Shown one piece after another: positions 29,281-39,560 of a stretch of 64,000 bases of DNA. Source of the DNA: Verrucomicrobiota bacterium (GTDB taxonomy: Bacteria; Verrucomicrobiota; Verrucomicrobiia; Limisphaerales; AAA164-E04); assembly GCA_047947115.1 (NCBI GenBank), contig CP170459.1, positions 5,280,001 through 5,344,000 of the forward strand, in the 5' to 3' direction. Position 1 is the first letter of the stretch. Every line of letters starts with the position of its first letter. The translations under genes and the position numbers were made by a program. The notes under the pieces were generated by a model. The model made no database searches, was not told the DNA's origin, and saw nothing but the letters and a program-made list of their open reading frames with translations.

Positions 29281-30582
29281 TTAAACGTCATGCAACAACT
29301 CCGCCAGGACCCTGCCATCGCTCAATGCGAGAGGACGTCCAATGGGAGTGATGATTTCTTTTTCAGGATCCAGCCCCAGCAGATGCTGCACGGTGGCATG
29401 CAGATCGGCCACCCGGACGGGATGGTCCGGTTCCTTGCTGTCCCCGGCCGGATCGGTAGCTCCAATCACCCGTCCTTTGGCGAATCCCCCACCCGCCACC
29501 AGAAATGAAAATCCATGAGGCCAATGATCCCTTCCTTCCAGTGGATTGATCCTGGGGGTACGACCAAATTCACCTCCGCATAAAACAACGGTTCGGCGCA
29601 GCAGATCACGATCTTTCAAATCGCGGATCAAAGCGGAGAGAGCCGGGGCCAGTGTGGCAATCCGTTTGGCCTGTGTTTCCCTGTTGTTCACATGACTGTC
29701 CCAGCCGTCCAAGGTCACCTCCACGCAACGGACACCCGTCTCAATCAAACGTCTCGCAGCAAGACAACCACGCCCGAAAGCCGTGTCACCATAAGCAGCT
29801 CGCTCGGCTTGGGCGGCCAATTGAATATCGAATGCCTTGACCTGATCGGATCTCATCATGCGCAAAGCTTCATTGATCGTTGCCCGTTGGCGTGTTTGAA
29901 GCACGTCCAACTCGGGATCTCTGCCAGCCAAAAAAGCGCGCTCCACGACATCAAGACTTTCCAGACGTTGCTGCATCCGTTCCTCATCCACCCGCTGGGT
30001 GACGTCGGGAATAGGGTCAGCCGGATCACCCATCTGAAAAGCATCAAACCTTGCTCCGAGATAACCCCCTCGCGCAGGCCATTGATTCGGCAGAATCGAA
30101 ATGTGGTTTGGAATCTCGACTGCGCCTTTGGGCAGTTCGTGACAAATAATCGCGCCAAGGGAAGGATGCACCACCGTGGGATCAGGACGATACCCGGACT
30201 TGATATGATAAACACCTCGTTCGTGATCCCCCTCCAGACTGATCATTGAACGAATGACGGAAACCTGATCCATGAGATCAGCCAATGGCTCCAACCCGCC
30301 TGCCAACTGATAATCAGGAATGGAAGTGTTGACGACCTTCACCCCGGGAGCCAGATCGGAGTGAGGATGTGGATCAAAGGTTTCCAACTGACTGGGCCCA
30401 CCCGCCAACCACAGCAATATCACCGCCTTCCCTTCGGAATGGTTCAGATCGTTTTCAGCGGAAAATGCCAGTGATTGAGATATGGGCGACAACCAGGTCA
30501 TACCCGCTGCGGCGCTTGCTTTGAGAAAACCTCGACGACTCGTCGAGCAACCGGCACATTGATGTAGATTCAAGGGCTTCAT
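29281..30582 (-). CDS. DUF1501 domain protein (Tat-exported)
   Basis: SRRGFLK Tat motif, LWLAGGPSQLETFDP, GCLAARRLIE.GVR, WDSH, GEFGRTP, GRDHW. Confidence 0.93.
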   Translation of the reverse strand: MKPLNLHQCAGCSTSRRGFLKASAAAGMTWLSPISQSLAFSAENDLNHSEGKAVILLWLAGGPSQLETFDPHPHSDLAPGVKVVNTSIPDYQLAGGLEPLADLMDQVSVIRSMISLEGDHERGVYHIKSGYRPDPTVVHPSLGAIICHELPKGAVEIPNHISILPNQWPARGGYLGARFDAFQMGDPADPIPDVTQRVDEERMQQRLESLDVVERAFLAGRDPELDVLQTRQRATINEALRMMRSDQVKAFDIQLAAQAERAAYGDTAFGRGCLAARRLIETGVRCVEVTLDGWDSHVNNRETQAKRIATLAPALSALIRDLKDRDLLRRTVVLCGGEFGRTPRINPLEGRDHWPHGFSFLVAGGGFAKGRVIGATDPAGDSKEPDHPVRVADLHATVQHLLGLDPEKEIITPIGRPLALSDGRVLAELLHDV

Positions 30583-30585
30583 GTG

Positions 30586-32157
30586 TCAGTGGTTCCATGC
30601 AAACTCCGTCGAGTTCAAGAGGGCCCAATACAGATCCTGCATGGCATTGGCCCGGGCATCTTTATGTGTCCCGGACAATCGCTTCTTAAAATAATTCAAT
30701 TCATCCGTCGTGGGGCGACGTGTCAAAACGGTCAGGTAGGCAGTTTCAATCGCCGTGGCATCATCAGTCGCCAGAAAACCGATACGAGTCGCGGCATTCA
30801 GGATGGGATTCTTCTCTGTGCGCTCGTGAACCAACTTGCCGTTCATCAATGTCAATCGCTGGGGAATCGTTCCACTCCTGGCTTCAAATTCCGCTTCCCC
30901 AGCATCTCCGTATCGCTGGATGAATTCACCCTGCTGCAACACTCTGATGATACGCGATAGGATGTGAGAATCCACACCCACCGTTTCCAGAGAAGCTGAT
31001 TGAATAATACTCCCCGCCACTTGTTCGGGACGCAATCGGGTGAGCGGAAACAACTCCTTCCCATCAGTCTCCCCTCCACTGCTGGTTCTACGAAATGCTT
31101 CCGTTGAAGCAATCGTTCGTATCAAGTGTTGTAGATCAAACCCATGGTCAATCATAGTACGGGCCAGTTGATCCATGAGCACTGGAACAGGTTCGTCAAT
31201 GGGAATGGAATCCACCTGTTCCAGCAAGGGACGATTGAACATGATCGCCCACACCCGATTCACCAGTGTCCGAGCAAAGGAAAGATTTTCCGGATGGGTC
31301 ACCCATTTTGCCAGTCGTTCGCGCGGCGTGCCTTCTTGAGGAAGCAATTCGGGAAGGAACGGCACGGTCGCCGGAACGACTTCGGTTTCGGGCTTTCGTT
31401 TGTATCGGTACTCGTATGGTTTTTCCGATTCCACCAACCCGGTCAACGACATTTCAGCCCCGGCGAAAAAGGAAGCCAACTGATGAAAATCCTGCTGTTT
31501 CCAACGATTCCCGAACATGTCGTCATGACATTGAACACAATCGATCCTGACCCCCAGAAAGGCACGTGAAACCCGCGCCGCCAGTTTTACTTCATCCGGA
31601 CCTTCTTTATCGTTGTTCGGATCAATGGTCGCGGTCAGGAAATTGACCTCGGGATGGGAAGTCCAGACGCCTTGAGCGGTGATCAGTTCCCTGACGATCC
31701 GGTCGTAGGGTTGATTGGATTGTATGGATTCACTCAAATCATCCACCAAACGTCGACGGCGATAAACCAGAAAAGGCCCGTTTTCAACGCCCACAAAGGC
31801 CCTGGCAAAACGTTCAGCCATGTAATCCCCATAACGTGGATCTTCAAAAATCAACTGCAAGGTATTGTTCAGTCGAGTCTCATGGGGCCAGGATTCGAAT
31901 GTCCTGATCCATTCAAGCGATGGAATGGTCCCAGTAAGCCCGAGGCATAAACGCCTGAACAATGTCAAATCGGACGCCAGGTTCTCCTCTTCAGGCTGAA
32001 CCCATGGATCGGATTCGGTTCCGGGGTGTTGATCTGAACCCGAATGGGTGTCGCCGGAATCAACGGTCCGATGAAATGCGCGATGCTCCACCAACCACCA
32101 CGATGACATACCGGCGGAAAGCATCAACCAAAGCAACATGTAGTTTAATCGAGACAT
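30586..32157 (-). CDS. DUF1549/DUF1553 domain protein
   Basis: RRL.L.LTGTIP, FLGVRIDCVQCHD, FARTLVNRVW, DLYWALLNS.EF..NH. Confidence 0.9.
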   Translation of the reverse strand: MSRLNYMLLWLMLSAGMSSWWLVEHRAFHRTVDSGDTHSGSDQHPGTESDPWVQPEEENLASDLTLFRRLCLGLTGTIPSLEWIRTFESWPHETRLNNTLQLIFEDPRYGDYMAERFARAFVGVENGPFLVYRRRRLVDDLSESIQSNQPYDRIVRELITAQGVWTSHPEVNFLTATIDPNNDKEGPDEVKLAARVSRAFLGVRIDCVQCHDDMFGNRWKQQDFHQLASFFAGAEMSLTGLVESEKPYEYRYKRKPETEVVPATVPFLPELLPQEGTPRERLAKWVTHPENLSFARTLVNRVWAIMFNRPLLEQVDSIPIDEPVPVLMDQLARTMIDHGFDLQHLIRTIASTEAFRRTSSGGETDGKELFPLTRLRPEQVAGSIIQSASLETVGVDSHILSRIIRVLQQGEFIQRYGDAGEAEFEARSGTIPQRLTLMNGKLVHERTEKNPILNAATRIGFLATDDATAIETAYLTVLTRRPTTDELNYFKKRLSGTHKDARANAMQDLYWALLNSTEFAWNH

Positions 32158-32294
32158 CGCGACCTCTCACTATCTGAATGCACTTGGGAAAAAAATCCAA
32201 CGAGAAACTTTTTGGAACTTTCAAGTGTTCTGCTGCATGATATCATCAGAAAGCATACAAAGTTTCAAATAACATCCAAACGGCGGATCGTGTT

Positions 32295-33470
32295 TTGAAG
32301 GAAAACTTACATAAGCCATCCGGATTCGACACCATGGACGTCCGGCCATCCAAGCCCATCACAACGGCATGGCATCGTCGTGCAGCCTGCGGGTTAACCT
32401 CCGCTTGTCAATGGGTTTTCGGAGCGGCATCGGTCATGGTTGGACTCTCGGTACTGTCCATTTTCCCGGTATTAAACCTGCTCAGCCTGGGCTATTTGAT
32501 GAAAGCCTCGGGCAGGGTTCAACAAACCGGCCGCATCCGGGACGGCATGATCGGATTCAGGCAGGCATCACTGATGGGTGGGTTGGTGGTGGGGATCTGG
32601 TTCAGTTGCTGGCCGATACGGTTTGCCATGGATCTTGCGCGGGACGCGGCCTTGATTGCTCCGGATGGCGAAATGCCCATGGGCTGGAAAACGGGCATTC
32701 CTTTGGGAATGATGTTGACGGTTGCTCATATCCTCTGGGCCATCGCTCGGGGTGGCAGGTTGCACCATTTCATATGGCCCGCCCCGGTCAGATTCTTAAA
32801 ATGGTGGATCAGCGATCGGGGAGGTGCGATGAGGGGTTTGAAATGGGGCATTCGTTGGTCCGATCTGGCAATGGGAAATTATTTTGCCATTGGATTGGGG
32901 GGATTCCTTGGAGCCATTGCGTGGTTGGGTGTTCCAGTGTTGATTATTTTCGGTGCCGGACAACTCCCCAAGGAGCCGGGTATCCTGGTCTCTCTCCTGG
33001 GCGGTCTGCTTTTGGCTTGGGTGTCCATATACCTGCCGTTTCTGCAAACCCAGTTCGCCGCAGAACCAAACTGGAAAAACCTGTTTGCCATCCGCAAGGT
33101 CCGAGCCCATTTCAAAAAAGCTCCGATTGCTTTTGTGGCCGGATTGCTGATCACACTCCTTTTCTCCATTCCACTGTACCTCCTCAAAGTGGAACTGGCT
33201 CCGCGTGAACTGGCGTGGTTGCCGGGCGTACTGTTCGTGGTGTTCATCTTTCCCGCCCGACTGACCTGTGGATGGGCCATGCATCGAGCCAGTCAACGAA
33301 ACCAAACTTCCTTCTTTCTCTGGCGCTGGATCGGACGTCTGGGAGTCGTGGTGGTTGGTGTCGCCTACGGCATGTTGGTGTTCTTTACACAATTCCTGAG
33401 CTGGAATGGCACCTGGAGTCTGCTGGAACAACACGCCTTCATGGTACCTGCTCCATGGCTGTCGTTGTAA
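32295..33470 (+). CDS. Multi-pass membrane protein (DUF4013-like)
   Basis: Many TM helices, P.LNLLSLGYL motif. Start uncertain (32295 or 32334). Confidence 0.7.
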   Translation: MKENLHKPSGFDTMDVRPSKPITTAWHRRAACGLTSACQWVFGAASVMVGLSVLSIFPVLNLLSLGYLMKASGRVQQTGRIRDGMIGFRQASLMGGLVVGIWFSCWPIRFAMDLARDAALIAPDGEMPMGWKTGIPLGMMLTVAHILWAIARGGRLHHFIWPAPVRFLKWWISDRGGAMRGLKWGIRWSDLAMGNYFAIGLGGFLGAIAWLGVPVLIIFGAGQLPKEPGILVSLLGGLLLAWVSIYLPFLQTQFAAEPNWKNLFAIRKVRAHFKKAPIAFVAGLLITLLFSIPLYLLKVELAPRELAWLPGVLFVVFIFPARLTCGWAMHRASQRNQTSFFLWRWIGRLGVVVVGVAYGMLVFFTQFLSWNGTWSLLEQHAFMVPAPWLSL

Positions 33471-33589
33471 CACCGAGATTCAGAGGTAATTCCATACCTT
33501 TTTTCTACAGCATGTTGAAACACCCTTGAAAATCGGAACCCAGAATTCCAATTTTCAAGGAACTCTGCATGAGCGGACAACACAAAGGC

Positions 33590-33991
33590 TCAAGATTCCT
33601 GCGTTTTCTTCGAGACAACCTGTGCGAGTCTGGCTTTTCGGATGACTCGGAGTTTATGGGTTCCTCGGCAGACCAGGTCATGTCCGTCCCAGGCACGGAA
33701 TTCAAAGGAGAACATATATTTGTCGGAGTAAATGATTTTGGCCTGACATTTCACCGTGGCACCGGGAGGTGTGGGTGAAAGGTGTTCCACATTCACCATC
33801 GCTCCCACCGTGCTTTCTTCAGGATCCAGATGGGGGAGCATCGCTTTGCGAGCCGTGTGTTCGAGAAACCAGATCAACCAGGGCGTCGATAGAACTTCCG
33901 GCATCACGTCATCTGCAAAATCAATGATGTGCTGGTCGGTTACGGTGAATTCCAACACGGCAACCTCTCCAGTGCGTGGACGTGATTTCAT
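33590..33991 (-). CDS. Hotdog-fold thioesterase (FlK-like)
   Basis: VLSTPWLIWFLE, STVG..VNVEHL.PTP, G.H. Confidence 0.85.
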   Translation of the reverse strand: MKSRPRTGEVAVLEFTVTDQHIIDFADDVMPEVLSTPWLIWFLEHTARKAMLPHLDPEESTVGAMVNVEHLSPTPPGATVKCQAKIIYSDKYMFSFEFRAWDGHDLVCRGTHKLRVIRKARLAQVVSKKTQES

Positions 33992-33998
33992 CCGCAGC

Positions 33999-34559
33999 TT
34001 ATTGTTTATGTGGACCGATCAATTCGATGAAATTGCCATCGGGATCACGACAGACCAACAGTCCGTTGTTTCCCCCAAGAGCAACGGGCGTATCGCCCAA
34101 CAATTTGACACCTACCTTTTTCAACCGTTGGATGGAGGCATCCAGATCGGTCACATGCAATGTGAGATAACTAAAACCGAGGTTGGAATGGATGAACGAT
34201 TGATCGCCTTTCTTGCGATCTGAATTAGGGAAAGCCATCATCTTGATGCGGCTTTGCTTTTCTCCATTGCCCAACACAAAGACCCGGGCGGTGACATCCA
34301 TATTATCCACCAATCCGATGGAGGTGGCAAAAGCGGCCGGCACTGAGAATCCATTGACTTCCTTGCAACCCAGCACCTCGCTGTAGAATTTGGCAGACTT
34401 TTCGAGGTCTCCCACCACGATGCCCAGATCCATCACGGGTGAAGAAAAGACTTCGGCCTGGTCCTTGCTCTGAGCTGTCACGGATATTTGAAGAGCGCAT
34501 GCAACAAAAAACACGAATGCATAAACCGGGATGCGCTGAAAACATTGGGTGAATTTCAT
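33999..34559 (-). CDS. VOC/glyoxalase family protein with signal peptide
   Basis: GIVVGDLEKSAKFYSEVLG, RDPDGNFIEL. Start taken at MKFTQ (34559). Confidence 0.85.
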   Translation of the reverse strand: MKFTQCFQRIPVYAFVFFVACALQISVTAQSKDQAEVFSSPVMDLGIVVGDLEKSAKFYSEVLGCKEVNGFSVPAAFATSIGLVDNMDVTARVFVLGNGEKQSRIKMMAFPNSDRKKGDQSFIHSNLGFSYLTLHVTDLDASIQRLKKVGVKLLGDTPVALGGNNGLLVCRDPDGNFIELIGPHKQ

Positions 34560-34807
34560 GGCGCAACATTCCCGAAAATACATGGAAAGATCAAGATTCG
34601 ATTCGGATTTGTGTCGAGTTGTTGAGCGTGGGGGCGGGATGCAGGTATGGTTCACGGCTTTCCCGACCAGATTCCAGCGAAATGCAAACCCTCCCTCCAA
34701 TTGCTGGAGTTCTATTGACGGATCATCTGACAGTGTGGACTTCGGAACGCTCAATCAGAGCTGGCGGATCGCGATGAAAAATGAATGAATGACAAGCGTT
34801 CGGGCAG

Positions 34808-35980
34808 TTACTGAGCTGTCTCGTTGAAGAAAATCACCAGATTTTTGGTCTGGCGAGCAGCAGCCACGATGTCGGGCCTTCCATCAGCATTCAAATCAGC
34901 CGCCTTGATATCCTCAACAGCCAATTCGGCCCCGGCGATGCGGGTTTCCCGCCACATGGAGCCTGCTGGATCCGTGGGAGTAAACAATTTGATGCCGGGA
35001 ACGCCACGCGGATTCATCCCCCGCCAACCCACAACGACCTGGTCATTCCCAACCCCGAGAAAATCCGCAACCGCGAGCGCATGCCCGTCACGAATTGAAT
35101 CATCCAAGACAGCGATGCGATCCCACAGCTTTTCAGGGCTGTCCGGTTCGGAATAGACCGCCGAAGCAACTCCATGCATGGGCTCAATGGTGACGAAGAA
35201 TCGCTTCCCGTTGGGCAATCGGCCATCCCGGATCTCCCCGGCAAATTGCTCACTCAAGCGTTTGGCACGCCATTGACCATGCTGACGGTCCAAATGCCAG
35301 ACCCCCTCTTTGGCGGCAATGATCAGTTCCTCCTCGGGATCCTCATCCCAGTTGACCGGATGAAAATTATGGGATTGATGCAAGAAATTGGCGATTAAAT
35401 CAGTGGTCCATTCATCCCTGGGATTGGATGGTTTGGTGTATTCCAGCAGCATCAAACCATACCCCTCGTCATTGAGGTTGCCACGGCCACGCAGCGGTTT
35501 GACAGCCAAGGTATATGTGTCATCCAGCCCCCTGATCCAGTGCATTCGGTGTGTGCTGGGTTCGTTATACAATTTCACCGGAGTCCACATCCGAGTCCGA
35601 TCAGAAGGAGGAATCAGGTAATGCACCGCACCGTCCTTGACTGTTTCACCAAAATTCCACTGCCCCCCCACAGCAATCTCACACTTCCCGTCACCATCTA
35701 TATCACGGGCTGAAATACAAACGTTGTCCCGTTCGGTGAGGTCTCTGGCAATGATGTACTTTTTCCAAGTGGGATTTTGATACCATTGCACAGTCGTTTT
35801 GTCGGCCAGCACAATATCCGTCTTTCCATCCCCGTCCACATCCGTCAACTGCAGTCCGTAGCCAATTTCAATGGTATCGATCGTCACTGCTTTCCATTCA
35901 AAAGATGGTAGTTCCGCGCGTGAGTGCTGCGTCCACACAGTCAAAAAACCGAGTATAAGACCAAACGGAAATGCTTTCAT
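34808..35980 (-). CDS. Secreted FG-GAP/VCBS beta-propeller protein
   Basis: Signal peptide; DVDGDGKTD, DIDGDGKCE, DFLGVGND and DLNADGRPD repeats. Confidence 0.85.
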   Translation of the reverse strand: MKAFPFGLILGFLTVWTQHSRAELPSFEWKAVTIDTIEIGYGLQLTDVDGDGKTDIVLADKTTVQWYQNPTWKKYIIARDLTERDNVCISARDIDGDGKCEIAVGGQWNFGETVKDGAVHYLIPPSDRTRMWTPVKLYNEPSTHRMHWIRGLDDTYTLAVKPLRGRGNLNDEGYGLMLLEYTKPSNPRDEWTTDLIANFLHQSHNFHPVNWDEDPEEELIIAAKEGVWHLDRQHGQWRAKRLSEQFAGEIRDGRLPNGKRFFVTIEPMHGVASAVYSEPDSPEKLWDRIAVLDDSIRDGHALAVADFLGVGNDQVVVGWRGMNPRGVPGIKLFTPTDPAGSMWRETRIAGAELAVEDIKAADLNADGRPDIVAAARQTKNLVIFFNETAQ

Positions 35981-36053
35981 GATTGGGAAATATTAATCCA
36001 TATCGGCAGTGCTACAAGTTTTTAGATGCAGAGAAAAAAGGAAACACCACGGT

Positions 36054-36323
36054 TCAAGTCAGATCATCCCAATCTTCCGGCCCTCCAAGTCCGTGGCGAA
36101 AAGCGGACCAGACCAACCAGGCGGCTAAAAACAAAAAAAATGTTCCAAACAGGCCGTAGAATATCAACCATCCCCAATGGACAGAGGAGGTTTCCGTCGG
36201 CTCCAGACTGGCCAAAGCGCCATAACCGCAAAACATGGTCGCCAGCAAGATCAAAGGAACCAGAGCCAATTTCAGAAACTTCATATGGGATCGAACTATG
36301 GTCATTTTCTCAGATTTGATCAA
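36054..36323 (-). CDS. Small membrane protein
   Basis: Two hydrophobic helices; the start may be MKFLKL. Confidence 0.55.
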   Translation of the reverse strand: MIKSEKMTIVRSHMKFLKLALVPLILLATMFCGYGALASLEPTETSSVHWGWLIFYGLFGTFFLFLAAWLVWSAFRHGLGGPEDWDDLT

Positions 36324-36572
36324 GTTTGTGAGAGAAGTTGCTCACTATGCTGAAACAGCCATCCGTAAAACCTCAAGGATTGAAGGGTTGCTAAACCGAT
36401 CTTCTCGTGCTAGAAACGAGGTTGTCGTAACCGATCCGCCGCCTCGGCATGAAACGGATGCAGCAAAACGAGCGTCTTATGTAAGCTAGTAAAAGGACGC
36501 TCGTTTTGACGCTTTCATCGGGGTTTGCATGTGGTCACAAAATCAATCACGACACATGAATTGTAAACCAAG

Positions 36573-37202
36573 ATGAATGACTGGAACATCCAATCCAGAT
36601 CCCGCCTTTGCCACGAGTGTGAGCAAGGGTTTGAGGATCAACAGATCTACCACAGCCTTCTTTTCATAGATCAAGGCGAATACGCCCGCAAAGATGTCTG
36701 TGAATCGTGCTGGATCTCCCAGTATTCAGCCGGGTCTGGCGCCACGAAAGGATTCGTTTCCCACTGGCGCGGGCGTTATGTTTCACCACCGCCACCACCG
36801 CCGGAAGCCATTCGAAAGGATACCGCCGAAAGTATCCTGAGGAAACTCGTCGAGAAAAACCTCCCCGAATACGCAGGCGCGCTTTATATCCTGGCAGTGA
36901 TGCTGGAACGCAAAAGGGTCCTGAAAGTTCGCGATCAGATCAAAAAAGCCGGTACCCGGGTTTTTGTTTACGAGCACGCCAAAAATGGTGATGTGTTCAC
37001 CATTGCGGAGCCGGATCTGCGCTTGGACGAATTGGAAAAAATCCAGCACATTGTCGCCGACCTGATGGAAAACGGTTTACCCGACGAAAAGACCGACACG
37101 ACCGAATCGGAAGGGGGCGAAGCACCGGAAAACAATATCGAGGCCCCAGAAGAAACACCTGGCCAACCATTAGAAGAATCCGTTTCAAATGAGCACATCT
37201 GA
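36573..37202 (+). CDS. Hypothetical protein with two CxxC motifs
   Basis: CHEC...CESC, acidic tail; overlaps the rnc start. Confidence 0.75.
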   Translation: MNDWNIQSRSRLCHECEQGFEDQQIYHSLLFIDQGEYARKDVCESCWISQYSAGSGATKGFVSHWRGRYVSPPPPPPEAIRKDTAESILRKLVEKNLPEYAGALYILAVMLERKRVLKVRDQIKKAGTRVFVYEHAKNGDVFTIAEPDLRLDELEKIQHIVADLMENGLPDEKTDTTESEGGEAPENNIEAPEETPGQPLEESVSNEHI

Positions 37203-37920
37203 ATTCGATGACCGGATTAAACGTATTGAGGAAAGCATCCAATATACGTTCAAAGACAAAAAGCAAATCCTGCTCGCATTGACCCATCGGTCATTTTCCG
37301 GCTCAGAATCCAAATCCCTCAACAGCAACCAACGTCTTGAGTTTCTGGGAGACGCCGTGCTGCAACTGATCATCACTCAGGAGCTTTACCAACGCTATCC
37401 GGAACACGATGAAGGCCCCTTGACGAAAGCACGCGCCCAACTGGTGAACCGCCGCACACTGGCGGATCTTGCCAGCAAAATCGACCTGGGCTCCCAACTG
37501 ATGATGAGCCGGGGAGAAGAACTCAGCGGCGGACGGGAACGCCCCAGCGCCTTGGCGGACGCATTTGAAGCGGTGGTTGGAGCCGTCTTCGTCGATTCCA
37601 GTTTCGAGCGGACCTATGAGTTTGTCATCGATTGTTTCAGCGAACACTTCGGCGAATTGCAGATCCTCCCCAACCTTGAAAACCCCAAAGGCGAATTGCA
37701 GGAATACCTGCAGACCCAATCCAATCGGCCACCGCATTACGAACTGATCCGGGTCACCGGCCCCGATCATGACCGATTCTTCGAATGTGCCGTTGTCCAC
37801 GATAAAAAGGAACTGGGACGGGGCAGTGGAAAAAGCAAAAAGGAAGCCGAGTTCAACGCCGCCATACAGGCTATGGAACATTTTCGATCCCACTCGACGA
37901 ACGAGGCAACGGCAAAGTGA
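37189..37920 (+). CDS. rnc: Ribonuclease III
   Basis: ALTHRS, NQRLEFLGDAVL, ADAFEAVVGA, C-terminal dsRBD (NPKGELQE...SKKEAE). Confidence 0.97.
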   Translation: MSTSEFDDRIKRIEESIQYTFKDKKQILLALTHRSFSGSESKSLNSNQRLEFLGDAVLQLIITQELYQRYPEHDEGPLTKARAQLVNRRTLADLASKIDLGSQLMMSRGEELSGGRERPSALADAFEAVVGAVFVDSSFERTYEFVIDCFSEHFGELQILPNLENPKGELQEYLQTQSNRPPHYELIRVTGPDHDRFFECAVVHDKKELGRGSGKSKKEAEFNAAIQAMEHFRSHSTNEATAK

Positions 37921-38420
37921 ATGATACCACCTCTCAGACTCCCGACCTGCTCATCCGGATAGCAACCCCTGAGGATATCCCGTTGATCCTGGAATTCATC
38001 CATGGCATCGCGGCTTTTGAAAACCTTTCCCACCAGGTGACCGCAACGGAAGACCGGTTGAAGGAATCTCTTTTTGGCGACAAACCCTCGGCGGAAGTGT
38101 CTCTGGTCTTTGTCAACCATGAACCAGCCGGATACGCCGTTTACTTCCACAACTATTCAACTTTTGAAGGTAAAAAAGGACTCTACCTGGAAGACCTCTT
38201 CATCAAATCCCAATTCCGTGGACGCGGTTTCGGCAAAAAGATGCTGAAATACCTGACCGAACTCGCTTTGCAACGGGATTGTGCACGCTTTGAATGGGTG
38301 GTGCTGGACTGGAACGAAAATGCCATCGAATTCTACAAAGGGATCGGGGCCGAAGTATTCCCCGATTGGAGAGTCTGCCGCATGGACCGATCAGCCATGG
38401 AACAGTTTACAGAGGTTTAA
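37917..38420 (+). CDS. GNAT N-acetyltransferase (SSAT-like)
   Basis: LYLEDLFI...RGRGFG, WVVLDWNENAIEFY..IGA. Confidence 0.92.
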   Translation: MNDTTSQTPDLLIRIATPEDIPLILEFIHGIAAFENLSHQVTATEDRLKESLFGDKPSAEVSLVFVNHEPAGYAVYFHNYSTFEGKKGLYLEDLFIKSQFRGRGFGKKMLKYLTELALQRDCARFEWVVLDWNENAIEFYKGIGAEVFPDWRVCRMDRSAMEQFTEV

Positions 38421-38430
38421 TCTTTTTCTG

Positions 38431-38562
38431 AACCGCAGATTGTGCAGATGATCGCAGATTTAAGTAACGAAAAACTTAGCAGTATGATCCTATCAGAGCA
38501 GCCCCCAAGCTCACGAACAACTCTCCAGATATATTTCTAAACATCTGCGTTAATCTGCGGTT
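38431..38562. repeat. Inverted clusters of short GCAGAT repeats
   Basis: GCAGAT at 38435, 38444 and 38454; ATCTGC at 38543 and 38553; outer AACCGCAGATT/AATCTGCGGTT inverted pair. Confidence 0.6.
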
Positions 38563-38571
38563 AATAAATCA

Positions 38572-39552
38572 ATGAACACGCCCCCCCCCTACCCGGATGC
38601 TCCTGCTCAGCGGACGCAATGGATTCGAAGCCTGCGGAAAAAAATCGCGCGCCCAAGCGAAGCATCACAACCGGCCATACTACTCGAAACCGAGCCGGAC
38701 CGGTATGGACGCCCCATACAAACTGCAACCATCTTTCTAATTAACCGCGAGTGCCCCTGGACCTGCGTGATGTGCGATCTCTGGCAACACACCACCGCCA
38801 AGCCTCTCCCCACCGGACACGTCCCCCGTCAAATCGAACAAGCCATCGCCCAACTAACATCAAGGACCGCCGAACCCATCCGCCACATCAAACTCTACAA
38901 TAGCGGAAGTTTCTTTGATGTAGGCGCGATTCCATTGGACGATTACGCTTCTATAGCTGGCCTGCTGGATGAATTCGATCGGGTCATTGTGGAATGCCAT
39001 CCAAAACTGATAGGCGCTCACACATTGGAGTTTGCAAACATGCTCCAACCCAAACTGGAAATCGCCATGGGATTGGAAACCGCCAGTGACGACATTCTCC
39101 AACGTATGAACAAACGATTCACACTCTCCGATTATCAGCAGGCCTGCACGTTGCTGAACGAACACTCGATCGATCATCGGGCCTTTGTCATGATCCAACC
39201 ACCCTTTGTCCACCCAAACCAGACACAGGAACTTTGTTTAAAATCCGTTCAAACAGCCTTTGAATGTGGAGCCGCATGCGTTGCCATCATCCCCACCCGC
39301 ATCACAACCGGAGCCATGGAGGCCTTGCGTCAAACCGGAGATCTTCACCCACTTACCCTAAAACAGGTGGAATTCTGTTTCGACGCGGCGCTGAATTTAA
39401 ACCTCGGGCGCGTATGGTTGGACCTCTGGGATCTGGAACACCTACAAACCTGCCCCACATGCTTCGAACGCCGAAAGAACCGCATTGAAACAATGAACGC
39501 CACTCAGTCGATACTCCCAAAAACAACCTGCACCACATGCCAGCCAGGATAG
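38572..39552 (+). CDS. Radical SAM protein (TIGR01210/RaSEA-like)
   Basis: CPWTCVMC cluster motif, IKLYNSGSFFD, VIVECHP, EIAMGLET, C-terminal CPTC and CTTC. Confidence 0.85.
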   Translation: MNTPPPYPDAPAQRTQWIRSLRKKIARPSEASQPAILLETEPDRYGRPIQTATIFLINRECPWTCVMCDLWQHTTAKPLPTGHVPRQIEQAIAQLTSRTAEPIRHIKLYNSGSFFDVGAIPLDDYASIAGLLDEFDRVIVECHPKLIGAHTLEFANMLQPKLEIAMGLETASDDILQRMNKRFTLSDYQQACTLLNEHSIDHRAFVMIQPPFVHPNQTQELCLKSVQTAFECGAACVAIIPTRITTGAMEALRQTGDLHPLTLKQVEFCFDAALNLNLGRVWLDLWDLEHLQTCPTCFERRKNRIETMNATQSILPKTTCTTCQPG

Positions 39553-39560
39553 ACAAAACC

